DNA of 64,000 bases from Methylobacterium frigidaeris (GCA_036946295.1 JAQIJK010000002.1:122350-186349); one strand, 5' to 3'. Numbered from the stretch's first letter, positions 32,586 through 42,759 are shown. Made by a program: numbers and translations. The notes: generated by a model not told the origin, from the letters alone.

Positions 32586-33504
32586 GACCATCCCGGCGGC
32601 GCCGCCCGCCTCCGGCCGGGACGTGGTGCTGGTCGTCGACGACTCGCCCGAGGCCCTGAGCTTCCTCACCGCGGCGATCGAGGCCACCGGCGCGACCGTG
32701 CTGGTGGCGGTCGCCGGCGAGGCGGCGCTGGCGCTGGTGCAGGAGATCACGCCGGACATCATCCTGCTCGACGCGGTGATGCCGGGCCTCGACGGGTTCG
32801 AGACCTGCCGGCGCCTCAAGGCGGTGCCGGCGCTCGCCCACGTGCCGGTGATCTTCATGACCGGGCTGACCGAGACCGAGCACATCGTCGCGGGGCTGGA
32901 GGCCGGGGGCGTCGACTACGTCACCAAGCCGATCGCGCCCGGCGAGATCCTGGCCCGCATCCGCGTCCACCTCGCCAACGCCCGGGCGGCCCAGAGCGCG
33001 CGGCTCGCCCTCGACAGCGCCGGCCGCTACCTGTTCGCGGTCTCGCCGGGCGGGGCGGTGCGCTGGTGCACGCCGCAGGCGGCCCGGCTCCTGCGCGACC
33101 TCGACCCGGTCCCGGCGCGGGCCGCCGGCGATCCCGCCCTGCCGGACGGGGCCCTGGCCTGGCTGCGCGCCGGCGCCGCCGCCGCCCTCGCCCTCACCGG
33201 TCCGGACGGCCGCCGGTTCCAGCTCAGCCGCATCGGTCAGGTCGACCGCGACGAGATCCTGCTGCGCCTCGCCCTCGACGGCGGCGGCGAGATCGAGCGG
33301 CTGCAGCGGGCGCTCGGCCTGACCCGGCGCGAGGCCGAGGTCCTGCTCTGGGTCTCCCGCGGCAAGGCGAGCCGCGACATCGGCGAGATCCTCTCCCTCA
33401 GTCCGCGCACCGTGACCAAGCACCTGGAGCAGATCTACGCCAAGCTCGGCGTCGAGAACCGCACCTCGGCCTCGGCCCTGGTCCTTCACGCGCTCCAGGA
33501 CTAA
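32578..33504 (+). CDS. Response regulator, REC + LuxR HTH
   Basis: VVDDSP, DAVMPGLDG, YVTKP; LTRREAEVLLWV..SPRTVTKHLEQIYAKLGV; overlaps kinase stop. Confidence 0.92.
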   Translation: MSETIPAAPPASGRDVVLVVDDSPEALSFLTAAIEATGATVLVAVAGEAALALVQEITPDIILLDAVMPGLDGFETCRRLKAVPALAHVPVIFMTGLTETEHIVAGLEAGGVDYVTKPIAPGEILARIRVHLANARAAQSARLALDSAGRYLFAVSPGGAVRWCTPQAARLLRDLDPVPARAAGDPALPDGALAWLRAGAAAALALTGPDGRRFQLSRIGQVDRDEILLRLALDGGGEIERLQRALGLTRREAEVLLWVSRGKASRDIGEILSLSPRTVTKHLEQIYAKLGVENRTSASALVLHALQD

Positions 33505-33557
33505 GCAGACTTGCGTTGGCACGCCAACGCTTCGTCCGCTCGGGTTCTTGTCGTGCC

Positions 33558-33602
33558 GCAGGTTTTCGTCGCGAAACCGGTGACCGCTTCTGCGAAACCT
33601 GC
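33558..33602. repeat. Repeat module C (inverted copy of 10393-10437)
   Basis: GCAGGTTTTCGTCGCGAAACCGGTGACCGCTTCTGCGAAACCTGC. Confidence 0.75.
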
Positions 33603-33808
33603 TTGGAGCAGGGTCCGATCACGCTGCAATCGAACCCTGCTTTATGTCATTGATTTTGCAACATTTTATGCGACGAAGGGGTGTCCAATGCTCCAGCGGG
33701 CCTGACCGCCTCCCGCCTCCGGATGCCCACGCCCGGGAGCCGCAGGCCGACGTCTCCACCGTTCGCCGTGAGGAGAGGCGGCCGGTGCGAACGATGCCGG
33801 CAACACAA

Positions 33809-34606
33809 TCAAGCCTGCCCCGAGCGGGCCGGGCGCATCCCGCCATAGGTGGTGAGGTGCGCCCCGGCGAGCCAGCCGGCATCCACCGGCAGGTTGATGC
33901 CGGTGATCGCCGCGGCGTCGTCGGAGAGCAGGAAGGCGACCCCGCGGCCGATCTCGTCGGGCTCGACGAGGCGGCCCAAGGCCGCCGCGTCGGTGAGCAG
34001 GCGGGGATCGCGCTGGCCGCGGTCGATCGCGGCCTGGAGCGGCGGCGTCGCGACGTAGCCCGGCGAGACCGCGTTGACCCGCACGCCCGAGCGGCCCCAT
34101 TCGGCGGCGAGGCAGGCCGCCATGTGCACCACCGCCGCCTTCGAGGGCGCGTAGGCGTGCAGCGGCGCCGTGCGCCACGCGGTGACCGAGCCGGTGATGA
34201 CGATGCCGCCCCGGCCGCGCTTGGCCATGCGGGTGCCGGCGGCGAGGCACGACACGTAGACGCCGCGCAGGTTGACCGCGATGATGCGGTCGAACTCGGC
34301 GAGCGGCAGATCCTCCGGCCGGCCGCCCGGCTGGATCAGCCCGGCATTGGCGATCAGCGCCTCCACGGGGCCGATCCGCCCCTCGATCCCGGCGAAGGCC
34401 GCCTCGGTCGCCGCCTCGTCCGCGACGTCGAAGGGCACCGCCTCGGCGCCCAGCGGCCCGGCGACCTCCCGGGCGCGGTCGGCGTCGATGTCCGAGATCA
34501 CGGTGCGCCAGCCGCGCCCGGCCAGCACGCCCGCGATGGCGAGCCCGATCCCGCTCGCGCCGCCGGTCACCAGGGCGACCCGGCCGCGTCCCTCGTTGCG
34601 CTCCAT
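33809..34606 (-). CDS. SDR family oxidoreductase
   Basis: TGGASGIG, NAG, YAPSK, VRVNAVSPG. Confidence 0.92.
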   Translation of the reverse strand: MERNEGRGRVALVTGGASGIGLAIAGVLAGRGWRTVISDIDADRAREVAGPLGAEAVPFDVADEAATEAAFAGIEGRIGPVEALIANAGLIQPGGRPEDLPLAEFDRIIAVNLRGVYVSCLAAGTRMAKRGRGGIVITGSVTAWRTAPLHAYAPSKAAVVHMAACLAAEWGRSGVRVNAVSPGYVATPPLQAAIDRGQRDPRLLTDAAALGRLVEPDEIGRGVAFLLSDDAAAITGINLPVDAGWLAGAHLTTYGGMRPARSGQA

Positions 34607-34659
34607 CCCGCATCTCCTGTCGAACTCGATACCGCCGCGCTTTCGAACCGGCGCCGGCG

Positions 34660-35370
34660 CTACACCGCGAGGTAGCGCTGGGTGATCGCCGCGTTGCCGC
34701 GCAGGTCGGCGATGGGGGCGCGGTAGACGACCTGCCCCTTGTCGACGACCGTCGCGTGGGTGGCGATGTCGAGGCAGAAATGCATGTTCTGCTCGGCGAG
34801 CAGGATCGTGACGCCCATGCCGCGCAGGGTGCGGATCAGCTCGCCGATCGCCTGGACGATGATCGGCGCCAGCCCCTCGCTCGGCTCGTCGAGGAGCAGC
34901 ACCTCGGGATTGCCCATCAGGGCGCGGGCGATGGTGAGCATCTGCTGCTCGCCGCCCGAGAGGCGCCCGGCCATGCGGGTGCGCATGCCGGCGAGGATCG
35001 GAAACACCTCGTAGATCCGCGCCAGCGTCCAGTGCGCCTCGCCCCGCGGGCCGGTCTTGGCGCCGACGATCAGGTTGTCCTCGACGGTGTGCTCCGGAAA
35101 CACCTGCCGGTCCTCCGGCACGTAGCCGATGCCGGCCCGGGCGATGCGGTAGGGCGCCCGCCCCGAGACGGTCTCGCCGGAGAGCACCACCTCGCCCCGG
35201 CGCGGCGGCGCGAGGCCCGCGATCGCCTTGAAGGTGGTGCTCTTGCCGGCGCCGTTGCGGCCGAGCAGCGCCATGGTCTGGCCCTTCTCGACGCTGAGGT
35301 CGAGGCCGAACAGGATCTGGCTGGCGCCGTAATAGACGTCGGCGCCGCGGACTTCGAGCATCGCCGCCAT
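34660..35370 (-). CDS. Branched-chain-type ABC ATPase (LivF-like)
   Basis: GRNGAGKS, LSGGEQQML, DEPSEGLAP. Confidence 0.9.
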   Translation of the reverse strand: MAAMLEVRGADVYYGASQILFGLDLSVEKGQTMALLGRNGAGKSTTFKAIAGLAPPRRGEVVLSGETVSGRAPYRIARAGIGYVPEDRQVFPEHTVEDNLIVGAKTGPRGEAHWTLARIYEVFPILAGMRTRMAGRLSGGEQQMLTIARALMGNPEVLLLDEPSEGLAPIIVQAIGELIRTLRGMGVTILLAEQNMHFCLDIATHATVVDKGQVVYRAPIADLRGNAAITQRYLAV

Positions 35371-35372
35371 GC

Positions 35373-36143
35373 TCACGCCTCCCCGACCGCTTCGGAGAGG
35401 CGGTGGTCGGTGCCGAGATAGGCGTCGATCACGTCCTGGTTGCGCCGGATCTCGTCCGGGTTGCCCTGGGCCAGGACCGCGCCGTATTTCAGGACGTGGA
35501 TCGCCTGCGCGATCCTGAACACGATGTCCATGTCGTGCTCGATGAACAGCACGGTCATGCCGGTGGCCTGCCACAGGTCGCGGACCTTGCCGATCATCCG
35601 CCAGCGCTCCTCGGGCCCCATGCCGGCGGTCGGCTCGTCGAGGAGGAGCACCTTCGGGTCCATCGCCAGGGCGAGCCCGATGTCGAGGAGCTTCTGGTCG
35701 CCGTGCGAGAGGTTGGCCGAGAGGATCCCGGCCTTCGGGCCGAGCCCGAGCATCTCCATGATCGCGTCGGCCCGGCGGACGGCGTCCGGCACGGGGAAGC
35801 GCGACAGCACTCGGCCCGAGCCGCGCCGGTGCGAGACCACCGCGGAGGTCAGCGCCTCGCGGACGGTGAGGCTCGGAAACAGGGCGGCGACCTGGAACGC
35901 CCGCGCCATGCCGCGGCGCACCACCTCCAGGCTCGACAGTCCGACGATGTCGGTGCCGTCGAACAGCACCCGGCCCTCGTCGGGCCGGACATGGCCGGAG
36001 ACGAGGTTGAAGAAGGTGGTCTTGCCGGCGCCGTTCGGGCCGATGATCGCGGTGAGCGAGCCGGCGGGGAAGTCGATCGAGACGTCCTTCGTGGCGCGCA
36101 CGCCGCCGAAGGACTTCGAGAGGTGCTCGACGCACAGCATCAC
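35373..36143 (-). CDS. Branched-chain-type ABC ATPase (LivG-like)
   Basis: GPNGAGKTT, LSHGDQK, DEPTAGM, IEHDM. Confidence 0.9.
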   Translation of the reverse strand: MMLCVEHLSKSFGGVRATKDVSIDFPAGSLTAIIGPNGAGKTTFFNLVSGHVRPDEGRVLFDGTDIVGLSSLEVVRRGMARAFQVAALFPSLTVREALTSAVVSHRRGSGRVLSRFPVPDAVRRADAIMEMLGLGPKAGILSANLSHGDQKLLDIGLALAMDPKVLLLDEPTAGMGPEERWRMIGKVRDLWQATGMTVLFIEHDMDIVFRIAQAIHVLKYGAVLAQGNPDEIRRNQDVIDAYLGTDHRLSEAVGEA

Positions 36144-37168
36144 ACCGTCCTGCCGTTGAGGGGCGCGGCCTCGAAGGTCTGGGCCGCGGGCTCCGCCGTC
36201 GCCGGCGCCGCCGCCCGGCGGGCGCGGCGGGCCTGGATCGCGTCGTAGACGAAGTCGGCGAGGCCGCGGCGCAGCCCGAGCACGATGACCAGGATGACGG
36301 TGCCGAGCACGAGGCCGTGGTGCTCGGTGTAGATCGTCACGAAGTGGTTGAGGGTCTGGAGCAGCAGCGTGCCGACGAGCGGGCCGAGGAAGAGCTTCAT
36401 CCCGCCGAGCATGATCATGAAGATCGCCTCGCCGGAGGTGGTCCAGAACGCGAATTCCGGGTAGGCGCCTGAGACGAACAGGGCGAGGATCAGGCCGCCG
36501 ACGCTCGCCATCGCCGCCGCGAACACGAAGATGCCGAGCTTCATCGCGGTCACGTCGACGCCGAGGAAGTTCGCCCGCGCCGGGTTGTCGCGGATCATCC
36601 GCAGGGTGTAGCCGAACGGCGATTGCGAGACCTGCCGCATCGCCAGGATGCAGACCACGAACACCACCGCGCAGGAGCCGTAGAGCACCCGGGCGTCGTT
36701 GAGGTCGAGGCCGAGGACCGGCGGGCGCGGAATGCCGCCGCGCAGGCCCTGGTCGCCGCCGGTCAGGCCGACCCAGGTCACGATGATGCTGTGGATGAAC
36801 ATCTGGAAGGCGAGCGTGATGAAGGAGAAGTAGATCTCCTTCAGCCGCACGCAGATCGCCCCGATGACGAGCGCGATCAGCGCCGTGCCGCCGACCGCGG
36901 CCAGCGCCGCGACCGGGATCGAGACGAGGCCCGACTGCATCAGGAGCCCGAACGCGTAGGCGCCCGACGCGAAGTAGGCGGCGTGCCCGAACGACACGAG
37001 GCCGGTGAGCCCGACGAGCAGGTTCAGCGACATCGCCATCAGGCCGTAGGCGAAGAAGTAGATCAGGAAGTCGCGCAGGGCCGGCTGCGGAAACACCACC
37101 GGCAAGGCGATGAGCAGGCCGAGGCCCGCGAGGGCGACGGCGAGGTCGCGGACGAATCCGGCGCGCAT
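36140..37168 (-). CDS. Branched-chain-type ABC permease (LivM-like)
   Basis: GLTGLVSFGHAAYF, SPFGYTLRMIRDN, IMLGG..GPLVG. Confidence 0.9.
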   Translation of the reverse strand: MRAGFVRDLAVALAGLGLLIALPVVFPQPALRDFLIYFFAYGLMAMSLNLLVGLTGLVSFGHAAYFASGAYAFGLLMQSGLVSIPVAALAAVGGTALIALVIGAICVRLKEIYFSFITLAFQMFIHSIIVTWVGLTGGDQGLRGGIPRPPVLGLDLNDARVLYGSCAVVFVVCILAMRQVSQSPFGYTLRMIRDNPARANFLGVDVTAMKLGIFVFAAAMASVGGLILALFVSGAYPEFAFWTTSGEAIFMIMLGGMKLFLGPLVGTLLLQTLNHFVTIYTEHHGLVLGTVILVIVLGLRRGLADFVYDAIQARRARRAAAPATAEPAAQTFEAAPLNGRTV

Positions 37169-37169
37169 G

Positions 37170-38072
37170 TCAGGCGGCCTCCCGGCCGAGCAGCCCGCTC
37201 GGCTTGACGACGAGCACGAGGGCCATCAGGGCGAACATCAACCCGTCGACGAAGAGCGGGAAGCCGATCGCCCCGAAGGCGCGGGTGAAGCCGATGAGCA
37301 GGGCGGCGAGGAACGCCCCGGCGATCGAGCCCATGCCGCCGATCACCGTGACGATGAAGCTCTCGATGAGGATCGACACGCCCATGCCGGGGGTCAGGGT
37401 GCGGATCGGCGCGGCGAGCGCCCCGGCGAGGCCGGCGAGCAGGCTGCCGAGGCCGAACACCCCGGCGTAGAGCAGCGTCGTGTTGATGCCGAGCGCGCCC
37501 ACCATCTGCGGGTTGATGGCGAGCGCCCGCACGATCTTGCCGAGCCGCGTGCGGTTGATGCCGAGCCACAGGACGAGGCCCGCCGCGAAGGCGACGCCGA
37601 CCATGAACAGGTAGTAGCCGGGCACGAAGCCGCCGGCGATCTCGACCGGCGGCAGCGCGAACACGTCGGGCATGCCCATCATGCGGTACTCGCCGCCATA
37701 GAGGATCTTCACGCCGTCGTCGAGGATCAGGATCATCGCGTAGCAGACGAGGAGCTGCATCAGGATGTCCCGCCCGTAGACGCGGCTCATGACGAGGCGC
37801 TCGAACAGCACCCCGAACAGCCCGACCCCGGCCGCCCCCGCCACCATCGCGACGAGGAAGCTGCCCGTGAGCGCGTAGGCCGTGAAGGCGAGGTAGGCGC
37901 CCAGCATGTAGAAGGCGCCGTGGGTGAAGTTGATGATCCCGAGCACCCCGAAGATCAGGGACAGGCCCGAGGTGACGAGGAACAGCAGCATCCCGACGAT
38001 CAGCCCGGTCGAGACCTGGGTGACCGCGCACGATGCCGACGACAGGCAGTCGACGAGAGCCTCGAGGTTCAA
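37170..38072 (-). CDS. Branched-chain-type ABC permease (LivH-like)
   Basis: GLSLIFGVLGIINFTHGAF, TRLGKIVRA, VIGGMGS. Confidence 0.9.
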   Translation of the reverse strand: MNLEALVDCLSSASCAVTQVSTGLIVGMLLFLVTSGLSLIFGVLGIINFTHGAFYMLGAYLAFTAYALTGSFLVAMVAGAAGVGLFGVLFERLVMSRVYGRDILMQLLVCYAMILILDDGVKILYGGEYRMMGMPDVFALPPVEIAGGFVPGYYLFMVGVAFAAGLVLWLGINRTRLGKIVRALAINPQMVGALGINTTLLYAGVFGLGSLLAGLAGALAAPIRTLTPGMGVSILIESFIVTVIGGMGSIAGAFLAALLIGFTRAFGAIGFPLFVDGLMFALMALVLVVKPSGLLGREAA

Positions 38073-38150
38073 GGCGGTTCTCCCCGGACGTGAGGATCGG
38101 GGCGGCGGGAGCGGGCGCCCCCGCCGCGACGAAGTCAGGACAGGACCGCC

Positions 38151-38258
38151 TCATACGATTTCCGACTGATTGCTTCGCAATGCGAAAATCGGCTTCGCTC
38201 AGGCGTCGCGCGGGCTCGTGATACGATGTCCGGAAGATTCCTTCCGGACATCGTATCA
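38151..38258. repeat. Modular palindromic repeat, B+A, ending at SBP stop codon
   Basis: Perfect 18-bp stem TGATACGATGTCCGGAAG-ATTC-CTTCCGGACATCGTATCA (38219-38258); terminal TCA is the minus-strand stop. Confidence 0.9.
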
Positions 38259-39521
38259 GGCGTAGCCCTTGCCCTTCTTCCACTGCGTCTCGAGTTCGAC
38301 GATCCTGGCCCAGTCGACGTCGGAGAAGTCCTCGACGTAGGGGGCCTTGGGCACGGTGCGGCCCCAGGCGACCGGATAGCCGACGATGGTGTGGTCGCCC
38401 TCGCGCATCGTGATGGTGTCGCCGACCGCGAAGGGGGCGGCCACCGCCATGCCCTTCAGCTCGGCGGCGAGCTTCGCACCCTCGGTGCGGCCGCCGGTGC
38501 GCTTGAGCGCCTCGGCGATGAACAGGCAGGCGAGGTAGCACTGCCACGCCCAGTTGGTCGGCTCGTGGCCGGCGATCTTCGCGAACCCGTCCGCGAAGGC
38601 GGTGTTGGCGGGCCTCGCCGGATAGGTGCGGTTGTAGCGGTAGGCGGTGTTGAGGCCCGGCGGCAACTGCTTGATCGCGGTCAGCACCGGCGGGTCGCCG
38701 AGGCCGCCCGAGAACATCGCGACGTTGGAAAACAGCCGGTAGAGGTTGCTCTGCTCGATGAACGCCACGAGGTCGCCGCCCCACAAAGCCGAGTAGACCG
38801 CCTGCGGCTTGGTCTGCAGGATCTTGGTGATGCTCTCGGTGTAGTCGGGGGCGAACAGCTTCGGCCAGACCTGGTCCACGGTCTCGATCGACGGCTCGAA
38901 CATCTTGGCGAATTCGAGGAACTCGGCGGTGTTGTCGCGGCCGTAGGCGTAGTCGGGCGAGCACGTCATCCAGCGCTTCAGCCCCTTGTCCTTGGCGATG
39001 CGCGCCGCGTAGGTGCCGCCCGCCACCGCGTCGTGGATGCCCTGGCGGGCGCAGCGGAACGCGGTCTTGACGTGCAGCTTCGGGTCGGCCGACAGCGAGG
39101 ACGTCTCCGAGCAGGTGTGCAGGCACAGCACCGGCAGGTCGCGGATCACCTCGTGGACCGCGAAGGCGCCGGAGGACGCCTCGCCGTCGATGATGATCTC
39201 GCAGCCGTCGTTGTTGATGAGGTCGCGGGTGACCTTGGCGGCCTCGTCGGGGCGGCCCTTGGAGTCGCGGTCGACCAGTTCGAGGGTGCGGCCGCCGATC
39301 CCGCCGGCCTCGTTGATCTGCCGGAAGGCGAGCTGCACCGCCGCCCGGCTCGACGTGCCGAGGATCGCGACGCGCCCCGACAGGATCGTCGGCATCCCGA
39401 CCCGGATCGCCTTCGCCTGGGCCCCCGCGATGTGCGGGAACCCCGTGATCGCCGCGCCCGCGGCCAGTCCACCCAACATCTGCCGGCGCGATGGCGCGCG
39501 GCCCAGCGTCTTCGTGCCCAT
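38256..39521 (-). CDS. ABC substrate-binding protein (LivJ/Peripla_BP_6 type, Tat signal)
   Basis: SRRQMLGGLAAG leader; INEAGGIGGR, RDSKGRPDEA, DYAYGRD. Confidence 0.88.
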   Translation of the reverse strand: MGTKTLGRAPSRRQMLGGLAAGAAITGFPHIAGAQAKAIRVGMPTILSGRVAILGTSSRAAVQLAFRQINEAGGIGGRTLELVDRDSKGRPDEAAKVTRDLINNDGCEIIIDGEASSGAFAVHEVIRDLPVLCLHTCSETSSLSADPKLHVKTAFRCARQGIHDAVAGGTYAARIAKDKGLKRWMTCSPDYAYGRDNTAEFLEFAKMFEPSIETVDQVWPKLFAPDYTESITKILQTKPQAVYSALWGGDLVAFIEQSNLYRLFSNVAMFSGGLGDPPVLTAIKQLPPGLNTAYRYNRTYPARPANTAFADGFAKIAGHEPTNWAWQCYLACLFIAEALKRTGGRTEGAKLAAELKGMAVAAPFAVGDTITMREGDHTIVGYPVAWGRTVPKAPYVEDFSDVDWARIVELETQWKKGKGYA

Positions 39522-39656
39522 CTGGTTTCCGTCCCTGATCTTGCGGCCCGGGCGTTTTCGCCCTGGACTGGCGTCGCTTGTGTTGTGGTTTTTGTTTTAT
39601 AACTCTTGAGGATCCGGCAAGGCCCGGAGTAAGTCAACGGATATTTGTTCCGGCGG

Positions 39657-40637
39657 TCACGGCACCGGCTCGCCCGCCGCGCTCCGCCACGCCTCGCGCA
39701 GGGCGGCGGCCGCGAAGGCGAGCACCGGCGCGGTCGCGCCGATCGCCCGCCCCATGGTCAGGATGCCGTGCATCTGGTCGGAGAGGTGCAGGGCCGTCAC
39801 CGGCACCCCCTCCCGTTCGAGGCGCGCGGCGTAGGCGCGGCCCTCGTCGCAGAGCGGGTCGTGGGTGCAGGTGAGCACCAGGGCGGGCGGCGCCCCCGCG
39901 AGGCTGTCCGCCCGGAGCGGCGAGGCGTGCCAGTGGCTCCGCGAGGCCGGATCGGGGGCGTAGTGGTCGACGAAGTAGCGCATCGTCGCGGCGGTGACCG
40001 GCACCCCCTCGGTGACGCGGGCATAACTTCCGCCGGTCATCGCGAGGTCGACGACGGGGTAGAGCAGGACCTGGAACACGCTGCGCGGCAGGGTCCCGTC
40101 GCGGCCCATCAGGGCGAGGACCGCCGCGAGGTTGCCGCCGGCGCTGTCGCCGCCGACCGCGAGCCGGGCGAGATCGACGCGCAGGGCCCCGGCCTCTGCG
40201 GCGACGAAGGCGAGGGCGGCGGCCGCGTCGCGCAGGGCGGCCGGGAACGGGTGCTCCGGGGCGAGCCGGTAGTCGACCGCGATCACGCAGGCGCCGGCGC
40301 CGTTGGCGAGCCGCCGGCAGATGCCGTCATGGGAATCGAGGTTGCCGAGCATCCAGCCGCCGCCGTGCAGGTAGAGCAGGCAGGGCAGCACCGCCTCCGG
40401 GTCGGTGCCGGCGCCGCGGTAGAGCCGCAGCGGCACCGGGCCGGCCTCGCCGGGCGCGGCGAGGTCGCGGATCTCCGCCATCGGGTCGGGCGGCGGCTGC
40501 AGCACCGCGCGCCCGGCGCTGTAGGCCTCCCGCGCCGCCTCCGGCGCCAGCGCCTCGAAGGGCGGGCGGCCGGACTCGCGGATCGCCCGCACCAGGGCCA
40601 CGACGTCGGGGTGCATCGCCGGCTCGTGTGTCTGCAT
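39657..40637 (-). CDS. HSL-family alpha/beta hydrolase (esterase/lactonase)
   Basis: HGGGW, DYRLAPEHPFP, GDSAGG, DPLCDEG, HG. Confidence 0.92.
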   Translation of the reverse strand: MQTHEPAMHPDVVALVRAIRESGRPPFEALAPEAAREAYSAGRAVLQPPPDPMAEIRDLAAPGEAGPVPLRLYRGAGTDPEAVLPCLLYLHGGGWMLGNLDSHDGICRRLANGAGACVIAVDYRLAPEHPFPAALRDAAAALAFVAAEAGALRVDLARLAVGGDSAGGNLAAVLALMGRDGTLPRSVFQVLLYPVVDLAMTGGSYARVTEGVPVTAATMRYFVDHYAPDPASRSHWHASPLRADSLAGAPPALVLTCTHDPLCDEGRAYAARLEREGVPVTALHLSDQMHGILTMGRAIGATAPVLAFAAAALREAWRSAAGEPVP

Positions 40638-40677
40638 GCCCCTCGTCCTGCCTGCCATGCCTTGGATCGTTCGAGCC

Positions 40678-40856
40678 CGGGATCCCCTCTCCCGAGTGGG
40701 AGAGGGGTAGGGGCGACAGAAGATCGCGCAGGGTGGTTCGGCTTCCGCAATGATCCTGAACGGTCGAGCTGCGCAGCTCGACCCTGGACGCCTCATTCCG
40801 AAGCCGGGCCACCCTCACCCCTGTCCCCTCTCCCACCCGGGAGAGGGGGACCCGCG
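40678..40856. repeat. CIR/RIME-like element with hairpin-forming terminal inverted repeats
   Basis: Left arm GATCCCCTCTCCCGAGTGGGAGAGGGGTAGGGG; right arm CCCCTGTCCCCTCTCCCACCCGGGAGAGGGGGACCC; inner hairpin GGTCGAGCTGCGCAGCTCGACC. Confidence 0.82.
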
Positions 40857-40902
40857 TTCGAAATTTATACCTACATTACAGAGGGTTGCAGCCCACCCCG
40901 CC

Positions 40903-42537
40903 TCACCCCAGCGCGAACCCCTCGTAGCCCTCGCGGGCGACCCGGTCGCAGATCGAGCGGTAGCGGGCCATGCCGCCGGCATAGGGCATGAACACCCGCG
41001 GCTTGCCCGGCACGTTGGCGCCGAGATACCAGGAACTGCTCGCCATCGGCAGCAGCGTCGCCGAGGCGGCCTCGTTGACCCGGGCGACCCAGGCGTCCGT
41101 CGCCTCCGGCGTCGCCTCGATCCGGTCGAGGCCGCGCTCGCGCAGATGGGCGATGCAGTGCGCGATCCATTCCGCATGCTGCTCGATGGCGACCGGCATG
41201 TTGGTGAGCACCGACGGGCTGCCCGGCCCGGTGACGGTGAACAGGTTCGGGAAGCCGGGCGTCTGCAGGCCGAGATAGCTGCGCGGACCGGCCGCCCATG
41301 CCTCGCTGAGCGCGAGCCCGTCGCGCCCGCGGATGTTGAGCCCGAGGAGCGGGCCGGTCAGCGCGTCGAACCCGGTGGCGAACACGATGACGTCGAGGGG
41401 ATAGGTGGCGTCGCGGGTTCGCACCCCGTCGGGCGTGATCGCCTCGATCGGCGCCGCCTTGAGGTCGACCAGCCGGACGTTGTCGCGGTTGAAGGTCTCG
41501 AAGTAGTCGGTGTCGATCGGCGGCCGCTTGGTGGCGAAGAGGTGGTCGCGCGGGGTGAGCGTCTCCGCCGTCTCCGGATCCTCGACGACGCTGCGGATCT
41601 TGGCACGAATGAACTCGGACGCGGTCTCGTTGGCGTCCTTGTCGAGGAGGATGTCGCGGAAGGCGGCGCGGAAGCGCAGGCCGCCCCGCTCCCAGGCCGC
41701 CTCGTAGATCGCCTGCCGCTCCCCCGGCGAGACGTCGAGGGCGGAGCGGTCGGAGACGTCGAACGGGTGGCCGTTGGTCGCCTCGCGGGCCTTGCGGCGC
41801 AGCTCGGCGGAATTCTCCCGCACCCACGCCTTGAACTCGGCGTCCATCGGGCCGTTGCGGGCCGGTACGCTGTAGTTGGCGGTGCGCTGGAACACCGTGA
41901 GGTGGGCCGCCTGCGCGGCGAGGACCGGCGTCGCCTGGATGCCGGTCGAGCCGGTGCCGATCAGCCCGACCCGCTTGCCCGCGAAGTCGACGCCCTCCTG
42001 CGGCCAGCGTCCGGTGTGGTACCACCGGCCGGCGAAGCTCTCGAGCCCCGGGATCGCCGGCACGTTGGCGGTCGAGAGGCAGCCGACGGCGGTGATGAGG
42101 AACTGCGCCTCGAACGCCTCGCCGCCCTGCGTCGCGACGGTCCAGCGGTTCGCGGCCGCGTCGTAGGTCGCCCCGGTGACGCGGGTGTCGAGCTGGATGT
42201 CGCGGCGCAGGTCGAAGCGGTCGGCGACGTGGTCGAGGTAGCGGCGGATCTCACCGTGCTCGGGGTAGCGCTCGGTCCACTCCCACTCGTCCTCCAGCTC
42301 GCGCGAGAACGAGTAGGAATAGTAGTAGCTCTCGGAATCGCAGCGCGCGCCGGGATAGCGGTTCCAGTACCAGGTGCCGCCGATGCCCTCGGCCGCCTCC
42401 AGCACCCGCACCGACAGGCCGAGCCGGTCGCGCAGCAGGTGGAGCTGGTACAGGCCCGAGAAGCCGGCCCCGACGACGACCGCGTCGTAGTGCCGGACGG
42501 ACCCGGCCTCGATGGTCTCCGCGCGCGGATTCCCCAT
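40903..42537 (-). CDS. Type I Baeyer-Villiger monooxygenase
   Basis: GAGFSG, GGTWYWNRYPGARCD, fingerprint FAGRWYHTGRWP, GTGSTG, ATGFD. Confidence 0.93.
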   Translation of the reverse strand: MGNPRAETIEAGSVRHYDAVVVGAGFSGLYQLHLLRDRLGLSVRVLEAAEGIGGTWYWNRYPGARCDSESYYYSYSFSRELEDEWEWTERYPEHGEIRRYLDHVADRFDLRRDIQLDTRVTGATYDAAANRWTVATQGGEAFEAQFLITAVGCLSTANVPAIPGLESFAGRWYHTGRWPQEGVDFAGKRVGLIGTGSTGIQATPVLAAQAAHLTVFQRTANYSVPARNGPMDAEFKAWVRENSAELRRKAREATNGHPFDVSDRSALDVSPGERQAIYEAAWERGGLRFRAAFRDILLDKDANETASEFIRAKIRSVVEDPETAETLTPRDHLFATKRPPIDTDYFETFNRDNVRLVDLKAAPIEAITPDGVRTRDATYPLDVIVFATGFDALTGPLLGLNIRGRDGLALSEAWAAGPRSYLGLQTPGFPNLFTVTGPGSPSVLTNMPVAIEQHAEWIAHCIAHLRERGLDRIEATPEATDAWVARVNEAASATLLPMASSSWYLGANVPGKPRVFMPYAGGMARYRSICDRVAREGYEGFALG

Positions 42538-42759
42538 GGCGTCCTTCCTCCCTGGTCGGACGCGCAGCCCGTGGCCGGGCGCGGTCCGTCGTGGTGTGCC
42601 GGAGCCGACCGGACGGGCCCGCCCCGTGATCGCCGCTCGGGCCGCAGTGTCATGGCGTGACCGCTGCGACCGGGGTTCGTCCCCGGCTGTCCGGCGTCGT
42701 CGATGAGCGAGGCTAACGCGTTGCGCAGGCCGCATCCATTTCCCATACTGCGAACCACA

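Noticed and set aside
27527-32659. 1710-aa plus-strand ORF and 29028..32885 minus ORF
   Set aside because: Off-frame or antisense shadows of urtA and the hybrid kinase.
33512-33530. Sigma54 promoter (TGGCAC)
   Set aside because: Lacks the -12 TTGC; it is part of the palindrome GCGTTGGC-AC-GCCAACGC.
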